NCBI GenBank assembly: GCA_963833985.1
Contig: CAWIAD010000002.1
Location: 1,024,001 to 1,088,000, forward strand
Direction of reading: 5' to 3'
DNA from: an uncultured Planctomycetaceae bacterium
Lineage (GTDB): Bacteria > Planctomycetota > Planctomycetia > Isosphaerales > Isosphaeraceae
Length of the DNA stretch: 64,000 nt
A model generated the notes under the pieces. That model had not been told where the DNA came from, ran no database searches, and saw nothing but the letters and a program-made list of their open reading frames with translations. The position numbers were made by a program, and so were the translations under genes. This document shows, piece by piece, positions 55,418 to 64,000 of this stretch (its first letter is position 1; each line of letters begins with the position of its first letter).

Positions 55418-55951
55418 ATGATGATCAGACAACGATGCACTTTCAGGAGCGTCCTCGTCCCGGGTTTACTCAGCCTCTCTCTCATGGCGGGATGCGGCCA
55501 GGAAGGCGATGAGAATCCCGGTGGCGGAGTGGGTGGAACCGGCACCGTTCCCGATCGCAGCCGGGGCGTCACCCCGAGCCCGGTCACGCCGGGGCCCGGC
55601 GACATGGGCACGAAAACCGGCACCAAGCCCCTCAGCCCCCACCCCGAATCGGGTGCCGACGCCACCACGAGGACAGGCACGCATTCCGACGTCCACCCGG
55701 GTACCGGCAGCTCCGTGGGCACGGGCAGCAGTCCGAGCGAGCCGACCGGCGCGACACCGGCTCCCCGCTCGGATCAAGGCACCGGCTCCACGGGCGCGAA
55801 GGCACCAGGCGCACCGGCGGCGGGCTCGGACGCCGACCATAACGAGACCAGGTCGGGCAGCGCGGGGAATTCGGGTACCACGAGCGGCTCGGGGACCGGC
55901 AACGGCACCAGCGGCGGAACCACCAGCAAGGGACCGGGCCCGCAGCAGTAA
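55418..55951 (+). CDS. Gly/Thr/Ser/Pro-rich disordered lipoprotein
   Basis: Lipobox MAG-C after a hydrophobic stretch; low-complexity hydrophilic body. Confidence 0.7.
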   Translation: MMIRQRCTFRSVLVPGLLSLSLMAGCGQEGDENPGGGVGGTGTVPDRSRGVTPSPVTPGPGDMGTKTGTKPLSPHPESGADATTRTGTHSDVHPGTGSSVGTGSSPSEPTGATPAPRSDQGTGSTGAKAPGAPAAGSDADHNETRSGSAGNSGTTSGSGTGNGTSGGTTSKGPGPQQ

Positions 55952-56018
55952 CGGGCCGGTCCATGAGCCTGGACGAGGCACCGAACAGCGGAGCCGGCGG
56001 CCGGTACGGATCGAGACA

Positions 56019-56034
56019 CGGCACGTTTCTTGCT
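56019..56034 (+). promoter_or_regulatory. Sigma-54-type -24/-12 promoter
   Basis: CGGCACGTTTCTTGCT upstream of ybdK. Confidence 0.55.
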
Positions 56035-56176
56035 GTACCTGGCTGTACTCGGATGACGTTTGAGCACCTCGATCGAACCGTGATCAGGTCTTGCATGGTG
56101 CCCGACGCCTCCATTGCCGCGGGCCGCCGACGCCCGGCAGCCGCGCCACCGGACCGAGACACGAAGAACACTTCTC

Positions 56177-57389
56177 ATGTTTGAGAATCGATTCCGGGGC
56201 GGACATCTGCCGACGGTGGGCGTTGAACTGGAGCTTCAGCTCGTCGATGCCAGCACCCTGGCCTTGCGCCCGGGGATTGACGCGATCTTCGCCGAGCTGC
56301 CAGTCGAGCTTGCCAGCTCCGTCCGGCGTGAGTTCCATACCTGCTGTGTGGAGATTGCCACGGAGGTCTGCACCAGCGTGGACCAGGTGCGGCAAGACCT
56401 GAAGGCGAAGCTGCGCTGGGTTGCCGGGGCGGCCGCCCAGCGCGGGCTCTTGCTGGCCTGGGGGGGAAGCCACCCGTTCTCCCACTGGAAGGACCAGGTG
56501 GTCACCAGCGATCCGCGTTACCAGGCCCTGGCCGAGTCGTACCAGGAGACGCTGCGCAGGCAGCTCACCTTCGGGCTTCATGTCCACGTCGGCGTGGAGT
56601 CTGGCGAGGTTGCGGTCCAGGTCTGCGATCGGATCCGCGATCATCTGCCCGTGCTGCTGGCCCTCTCCGCCAACAGTCCGTTCTGGTGCGGTCGGGCCAC
56701 GGGTCTGCATTCACACCGCATCGAGGTCATGGCAAGCCTCCCCGTCGCGGGAATTCCTCCGTGGATGGGCGGCTGGAACTCCTACACGAAGCTGGTGGAG
56801 GACATGGTTGCCTGCGGGATGATCGAGTCTCCCAAGGACCTCTGGTGGGACGTGCGACCCAGCCCCGCCCACGGGACCGTGGAGGTCCGCATCTGCGACA
56901 TGCCGCTTGGGCTGGAAGCCGTGCTGGGCCTGACAGCACTCGTCCAGTGTCTTGTGCACTTCCTGGCGCAGCGAGAGCGATGAGCCGGACGCGCAGGCTT
57001 GCCAGGGCGTTCAACTTTCGGATCAGGGCCGCCACCTGATCCTGCAACAGAATCGCTGGCTGGCCGCGCGGCACGGGCTGGATGCCCTGCTGATTGATGG
57101 CCGCACCCAGCGCAAGGCGCCGGCCCGGGTTCTGGCACGCGAGCTGGTCGATCGCTTGATCGATACCGGCCAGGACCTGCGGTGCGTGGAACACCTGCAA
57201 AACTTGAGAATGCGGACGCGCACCCCTGGCGGCGCGGTGACTCAGCTTGCCACGTACGCCCGGACGAACAACGTCGAGGATGTGGTGCGGCTGATGACCC
57301 GTGCCGATTCCTCGGGCCACCGGCAGCCCTCGCTCTCTCCGCTGCTCAGCCACGGCTCGATGCTCGACCCGATCGAGGCCGGCCTGTGA
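56177..57389 (+). CDS. ybdK: YbdK-family carboxylate-amine ligase (glutamate-cysteine ligase 2); frameshift near 56975
   Basis: TVGVELELQLVD, FGLHVHVG, SANSPFW, WWDVRP, TVEVRICD, then NRWLAARHGL in the next frame. Confidence 0.88.
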
Positions 57390-57509
57390 GGTGGCCGCAT
57401 TGATCGCACAATGGCTTCTCGACCGCGCGGGCTCTGTATACACTCGCAGTATGAAGGACTTCAACGGTCATCAGGAAGCCCCGGCGCGCGACGGCACCGC
57501 TTTGATGAT

Positions 57510-58054
57510 CTGGCATCGACACAGGTCCGTGCGCCGGCTTCCGGTACTGGCTCCGCGGTTCCGGAACGGCTCCATTCGGGCCGCCGGCTGGTCCTGGTCG
57601 CCGGGGCCGTCATCCTCTTTCTCTGGGGATGTCTTTATCTCGCATTCTTTCAATGGCGCGTGCGCTATCGCGAGCGGACGGCGTTCGGTGTCACGCAGGT
57701 GGCTCCGGAGATCGATCGCCTTGCTGAGGTCGTTCCTCCCGGAACCAGCCCGGAGGACTGGCGGACAGCCGTGCATCAGACCCATGACATGCTGGTCGCC
57801 GTGCTCAGCGCGAACCTGCTGGATGTGTCCCGGATGAAATCACTCCGCGACGAGCTGAGGCAGTCCGTGGAGCGGCGCAGGCCCATCCGGAGACGGCTCG
57901 CGACGAGCTGGCCGGCATCTGGAACGCCATGGCCACCCGCGCTGAGTTCGTGCTCCAGGAAGGGACCTCCGGGCGCCGCAAGGCCCATGCTCGGCCCGCG
58001 ATCTTGCCGCCACGGCCGGTCAAGAACCTGGGGCCGCACCAAACCGCTCCCTGA
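57510..58054 (+). CDS. Hypothetical single-TM protein; frameshift near 57875, start uncertain
   Basis: TM segment LVLVAGAVILFLWGCLYLAF followed by a helical domain. Confidence 0.5.
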
Positions 58055-58929
58055 GCGCATGGGCCAGGGTCTGAAGCTGCCCCACGTCCAGTGCCTCGGC
58101 GCGCTGTTGACCATCGAGGCCCAGCGCGAAGCCAGGCCTCCACCTCGGTCTTGCTCCAGCGCTCGCGAAACAGGTTCTCGAGCACGTGACGCAGGCTCTT
58201 GCGGCGGTACAGGAACAGCTTGCGGACGACGTCGTGGAACCAGGCCACGTCGAGACCCGCCCGGCGGTCTGCGTCGGGCCGGATCGCCACGATCGCGGAC
58301 TCCACCTTGGGCCGCGGCCAGAACACGGAAGGGGGGAGAGTACGCACGATCGCAACCTCCGCGAGCGACTGCACCATCACCGCCAGAGCCCCGTACTCCG
58401 GCGAGCTGGGCAGTGACATCATGCGCTCGGCCAGTTCGCGCTGGATCGTCACCACCATCAAGGCGGGGCAGAGCCGTGGGTGCACCAGCAAGTTCATGAT
58501 GACCGGAGTGGCCACGCTGTACGGCAGGTTGGCCACCAGCTTGAAGGTCTGCGAGGGAGCGCCGGCTCCGGCCTCCAGGAGTGTCTCGACCACGGCGGGG
58601 TTCAGGGTGTTCTTGTTCGCCAGGACATCGGCACGCAGTACCCGCACGCCGGCAAGGGCCGCCACGGCTTCCTCGGTCAGGCGCGCCATGTCCGCATCAA
58701 GCTCGACCGCGACAACCTTTGCACCCTGCGCGGCAAGCAGCGTGGTGAGGGCGCCGGCTCCAGTGCCGACCTCGAGGATCAGTTCACCGGGCCCCACGGC
58801 GGCCTGCTGAACGATCAGCTCATGCAGATTCAGGTCGATGAGGAAGTTTTGACCCAGGCTGCGCCGGGGTGAGATGCCTCGTCTGGCAAAGAGGCTGCGC
58901 AGGTAGGACTGGGTCTGCCGAACCGGCAT
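58020..58929 (-). CDS. rsmA: 16S rRNA dimethyladenosine transferase; frameshift near 58130
   Basis: LGQNFLID, LEVGTGAG, VANLPY, FWPRPKVESA. Confidence 0.93.
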
Positions 58930-58954
58930 GGAAGACTCCATCGTGGCCTCGGCC

Positions 58955-59545
58955 TCAATCTTTCCCCAGCAGCCTGGCGACGTGCTTGGCCAGGATATCG
59001 ATCTCGATGTTCACGCGATCTCCGGGCCTGAGGAGCCCGAGAGTGGTCACGGCCAGCGTGTGGGGAATGAGCATCACCGAGAAGCCGTCTGCCCCGACCT
59101 CGACGAGCGTGAGGCTCACGCCGTCCACGGCGATGGAGCCCTTCGGAACCAATAGCCGGGTCCAGGCCGGGTCGAGCTCGAACGCGAGGAACTCCCATTC
59201 ACCCTCTGGCCGACGCTGGCGAAGCGTGGCTGTCAAGTCGACATGCCCCTGAACGAAATGCCCGCCCAGACGGTCGCCGGCGCGCAACGATCGCTCGAAG
59301 TTGACGCGGTCTCCGGCAGTTTTGTCTCCCAGGTTGGTCCGGACGAGTGTCTCCGGCCCCGCCTGGACCTGGAACGTCGTATTCTGACTGGCCACAACCG
59401 TCAGGCAGCACCCATTGACCGCCACGCTCTCACCAATTGCCAGCGGTGCATCAAGGCCAGGCCAGCAGAGCGTGAGCCGTTGCCCGGCGTTCTCCGTGGC
59501 GATCGCCTCGACCTTGCCCAGCGCTTCAACCAGCCCTGTGAACAC
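58955..59545 (-). CDS. ribE: Riboflavin synthase alpha chain
   Basis: MFTGLVE, SVAVNGCCLT, LGGHFVQGHVD, KGSIAVDGVSLT, VNIEID. Confidence 0.95.
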   Translation of the reverse strand: MFTGLVEALGKVEAIATENAGQRLTLCWPGLDAPLAIGESVAVNGCCLTVVASQNTTFQVQAGPETLVRTNLGDKTAGDRVNFERSLRAGDRLGGHFVQGHVDLTATLRQRRPEGEWEFLAFELDPAWTRLLVPKGSIAVDGVSLTLVEVGADGFSVMLIPHTLAVTTLGLLRPGDRVNIEIDILAKHVARLLGKD

Positions 59546-59788
59546 GCTTGCAGACTCCTTCGAGCTCTGGTCCCGAGTCCCGGAAAAACCGAACCGGGGC
59601 TGGCGGCCAAACCGTCTATGGTAGCATCGCAAACCGGAAGGTAGAATGCGATCCGGTCGCGCAGCCGTGCTCCGTGCAGGGCCTCACGCTGCGCGGGCCA
59701 CCTTTGCGGGAGACCGGGCGGGTCAGCCTGCGGACTCGAACGGCTTTCACGTCTTCCAATGACCCACGACCCACGGGAGAGCACGTGC

Positions 59789-60694
59789 ATGACACCGCCC
59801 CTGAATCGCCGTGAGTTCCTTGCCCAGGCGACGGCCGCATCCGCGCTGGCCGCCACGGCCACGACCTCCATGGCCGCCACGACCCGCGCCGGGAACGCGC
59901 TTCCGAAGACCCCGACCGACAAGGTTACGCTGGGCCATTCCGGCATCCAGGTCTCACTGGTCGGCATGGGGACCGGCAGCGTGGGCTCCGGCCAGGCCAG
60001 CAACCAGACTCGCCTGGGCGTGAAGGGATTCACCAAGGTCGTGCGGCACGCGCTCGACCAGGGGGTCTGCTTCTTCGACGTCGCCGACCAGTACGGTTCA
60101 CACACGTACCTCCGCGAAGCCCTCAAGGGCGTACCCCGCGAGCAGTACGTGATCCAGACCAAGACGCACGCGACGAACGTACCGGACGCCCGCAGCCACC
60201 TGGAACGTTATCGCATGGAGCTGGGCGTCGACTACATCGACATCGTGCTGCTGCACTGCATGACCAAGGAGGGCTGGCCCGCCGAGAACCAGGGGTCGAT
60301 GGAATACCTGATGCAGGCGAAGCAGGAAAAGATCATCCGCGCCCACGGCACGAGCTGCCACGGCATGGACCCCCTGCGTACCTCGGCCAGGAACCCGTTC
60401 GTGGAGATCGACCTGGCGCGGATCAACCCCGAGGGCCTGATCATGGACGACCGCAAACCCGATGAGGTCGCCTCGGTCCTCGAGGAGATGCACAACGCCG
60501 GCAAGGGAATCGTGGGGATGAAGATCCTGGGCGAGGGCCGGATCAAGACGCCCGAGCGGAAAGACGCCTCGCTGCGCTACGTGCTTGGGCTGGGAACCGT
60601 GAACGCCTTCATCATCGGCTTCCAGACCACCGAGGAAGTGGACGACCTGCTGAAGCGCACGGCCGACGCACTCGCGTTCCTCAAGTCAGCCTGA
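59789..60694 (+). CDS. Aldo/keto reductase with Tat signal
   Basis: NRREFL; FDVADQYG, IQTK, DYIDIVLLH, GMKILG. Confidence 0.88.
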   Translation: MTPPLNRREFLAQATAASALAATATTSMAATTRAGNALPKTPTDKVTLGHSGIQVSLVGMGTGSVGSGQASNQTRLGVKGFTKVVRHALDQGVCFFDVADQYGSHTYLREALKGVPREQYVIQTKTHATNVPDARSHLERYRMELGVDYIDIVLLHCMTKEGWPAENQGSMEYLMQAKQEKIIRAHGTSCHGMDPLRTSARNPFVEIDLARINPEGLIMDDRKPDEVASVLEEMHNAGKGIVGMKILGEGRIKTPERKDASLRYVLGLGTVNAFIIGFQTTEEVDDLLKRTADALAFLKSA

Positions 60695-60715
60695 TCAATC
60701 ACCGCGCAACAAGAG

Positions 60716-60749
60716 GGGGAGGGCCGAGATCTTGATCTCGACCCTCCCC
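60716..60749. terminator. Hairpin between convergent genes
   Basis: GGGGAGGGCCGAGATC-TT-GATCTCGACCCTCCCC. Confidence 0.65.
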
Positions 60750-60798
60750 GGAAAAGCCTTGGCAGATTGCGCTGGCACTGGGTCGCGGCCCTTCCCGA

Positions 60799-61923
60799 TC
60801 AGGGGGCCAGCGCAGCCCTGGAGCGCCGGGTCAGCTTCACCTGCTGGAACCGGCTGGGAATGTGCGTGGCGTGCGGATCATTGTCGAACGTCACCACCAG
60901 GTGGACGGGGCTGTTCTCGGCGGCAGCCGCGGTCTGCGGCAGCACACACACGCCCTCGGCTTTCATCGCGGACTCGAAGACCCAGAGCTTCTGGGCCTGG
61001 GTCTGGCCTCCGGCGCTGATCTGCTGATCGCTCACGAACCAGAGCGTGTTCCCGTGGAAGGCGTTCTGCTCATCCTCGGTTGCGGTGACCACCAGGAAGC
61101 CCTTCCAGGCCGGCAGGTACTCCATCGCGGTGAGCTGGCAGCGAACGCCCTCGCGCTCGCCGGCATCGAAGGCAAAGAGCCGCGTGAGCGGCAGCTCGGC
61201 CTCGGCGGCTGGCGGCACGGTGATGTCGGCGGCAAAGACGCGGACGAGGTCGTCCGGCTGCCGCAAGCCGAAGCTCAGCTCACGGCGCACCCTTCCATCA
61301 GGCCCCGGCAGCTCGCGCAGGGCCAGGCCCTCGATCTTCCGCTCGGCCACGGCCTTGGTACCCAGACCTTCGTGCTGGAGGGCCCGTACCAGAGAGGCCG
61401 CCAGTTGCCACGAGACGACGGAGTCCTCGTCGATCGCCACCGCGTCAATCGCTCCGCCGGATCCTCCTTGAACCTTCAGCCGGAACCGCACCAGCCTGGC
61501 GTGCTCGTCGCGCTCGCCCTGGGTCTTGCCGGAGTGCGATCCGACGACGTAGTAATTCCCATCCGAGTCGCGGGCCATCCCTTCCCACTTGGATGACTTC
61601 GGCGTCTCCGCCGGGAACTTGCCGCAGGTGAGCAAGGGCCCGACCTGGCGGCCGGTCTCCCTGTCGATGACGCGGAGCGGGACCTTCTTGTCGTGGGCCA
61701 CCAGCAGGAGGCGCCCGTCGCCAATGGGCTGGACCCCGGAAGCCTCGAGCACGTTGTCCAGATGAGGAGTGGTCTGGCCCGAGCCAGAGGCCTCGTAAAA
61801 CGGCGCGGGGAACGTGACCGGCTCGACGATGATATCATCGGCCCGGACCGTCCAGGCCGGTGCCAGGGCCAATGCCAGCGTCAAACCGATGGCAAAGCAT
61901 CGGAGAGAATCCGCGACCTTCAT
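60799..61923 (-). CDS. Secreted DUF3616-like protein
   Basis: Signal peptide; LEASG, KWEG, VVGSHS, KIEGLA, FGLRQP, KAEG. Confidence 0.65.
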   Translation of the reverse strand: MKVADSLRCFAIGLTLALALAPAWTVRADDIIVEPVTFPAPFYEASGSGQTTPHLDNVLEASGVQPIGDGRLLLVAHDKKVPLRVIDRETGRQVGPLLTCGKFPAETPKSSKWEGMARDSDGNYYVVGSHSGKTQGERDEHARLVRFRLKVQGGSGGAIDAVAIDEDSVVSWQLAASLVRALQHEGLGTKAVAERKIEGLALRELPGPDGRVRRELSFGLRQPDDLVRVFAADITVPPAAEAELPLTRLFAFDAGEREGVRCQLTAMEYLPAWKGFLVVTATEDEQNAFHGNTLWFVSDQQISAGGQTQAQKLWVFESAMKAEGVCVLPQTAAAAENSPVHLVVTFDNDPHATHIPSRFQQVKLTRRSRAALAP

Positions 61924-61952
61924 GGGTGCTCCTTGGTTCGAGAGCCGTGGGC

Positions 61953-62360
61953 TCACTTCAGATCAAAGTTGAATTCGGTCTTTTCCGGTGTGACGTCCGC
62001 TGTCAGCTGGGACGTGTTCGGGCTCGTGTACTTCTGGAACGCCCGATCCCTTGCAAGAGACTTGTCCACCTGGGTGATCGAGATCCGGTGGCTCCCCGCG
62101 ACGACTCCATCGGCCGGTTGCAGGGTGCTCAGCTCGTAGGTTCCGTCGGAATGAAGCTCGCCCCTGGCGGGCCGGCCGTAGCCGTCAGGCTCGAACTCGA
62201 TCTGGCCCTTGTTCAGGGGCTGGCCCTTGTAGGTGACCTTCCCCTTGACGTGCAGCAAGGGGGTTGGGGCACTGCCAGTGGTGCTGGAGCCACAACCCCA
62301 GCACGGGAGTCCGAGGAGGGCCGCCAGCATGACCCACGTGGGAGAGACAACTCGTGTCAT
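61953..62360 (-). CDS. Small lipoprotein typical of DUF1559 partners
   Basis: Lipobox WGC; VKGKVTYKGQPL, DGTYELST, KYTSPNTSQL, FNFDLK. Confidence 0.8.
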   Translation of the reverse strand: MTRVVSPTWVMLAALLGLPCWGCGSSTTGSAPTPLLHVKGKVTYKGQPLNKGQIEFEPDGYGRPARGELHSDGTYELSTLQPADGVVAGSHRISITQVDKSLARDRAFQKYTSPNTSQLTADVTPEKTEFNFDLK

Positions 62361-62422
62361 GAATGAATTCCTGAACGATGGTTCGGCCGACGAGGCGTCG
62401 CGACGAAGGGTGGACGTATGAA

Positions 62423-62457
62423 GGACCAGAGGGGACCGCGCAAGTCCCCTCTGGTCC
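62423..62457 (-). terminator. Perfect 14-bp stem-loop between DUF1559 and lipoprotein genes
   Basis: GGACCAGAGGGGAC-CGCGCAA-GTCCCCTCTGGTCC. Confidence 0.6.
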
Positions 62458-62523
62458 GCCCATGGGCTGCTAAGGCGTACCCGCTCATCCGAGCGAGCGG
62501 CCGCGAATCGAATGGACGTCGCC

Positions 62524-63681
<1,158 letters not shown>

Positions 63682-64000
63682 CAGGATGCTCGTCTGAAAA
63701 GGAAAGATGGAAGCTTCGTTGCTTGCACAGGCTTGTTATCAAGCATGCCAGGATATAGAACGCTAAAATCATGAAGATTTCATGAGAACGGATTGAATAT
63801 TGCGAGAACGAACGAATCGTAAGAATTGGATTCTTGCGAACAATTTGAAGTGCTTCTGCCAAGATATTTATGATATCTTAAGTAGACTTGATATTATTCT
63901 GGTTTACACATGCGGGCTGCCTGGCGTCAGGCGCAAAGGCAGAGCCGACCGGCGCCACCGGCATCACTTGCCGGCAGACCCTGGACGGGCAGCATGCCAT

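Noticed and set aside
59546..59760. FMN riboswitch upstream of riboflavin synthase
   Set aside because: RFN signature motifs not seen; the region is a short divergent promoter.

Overview
GC-rich chromosomal window that looks like a planctomycete (Isosphaeraceae-like). This is inferred from DUF1559 prepilin-like genes, an ECF sigma factor with a long extracytoplasmic tail, Ser/Thr kinases and an 'LExRxLLA' extracellular motif. It carries about 40 genes: many secreted peptidases, two glycoside hydrolases, GlgM-type glycogen synthase, a tyrosine/homogentisate catabolic operon, rsmA and riboflavin synthase. I saw no rRNA, tRNA or CRISPR array. About 15 genes are broken by single-base frameshifts, most likely long-read assembly errors. 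Highlights: (1) an ORF-less, internally deleted group II intron (209-1004) inserted in a REP-like palindrome, with an EBS1 that perfectly matches that repeat; (2) an exosortase E/CAAX fusion with a VPEID-CTERM substrate that has almost no passenger domain, followed by a giant adhesin with a thioester-domain signature; (3) a heme-oxygenase-like diiron (CADD/PqqC-fold) protein heading an hppD-unknown-fah-hmgA-flavin reductase operon; (4) a transmembrane ECF sigma factor next to an S41 protease homolog lacking catalytic residues; (5) four sigma-54-type promoters; (6) two decayed toxin-antitoxin-like modules. All family assignments come from motif recognition by eye; no database searches were run.
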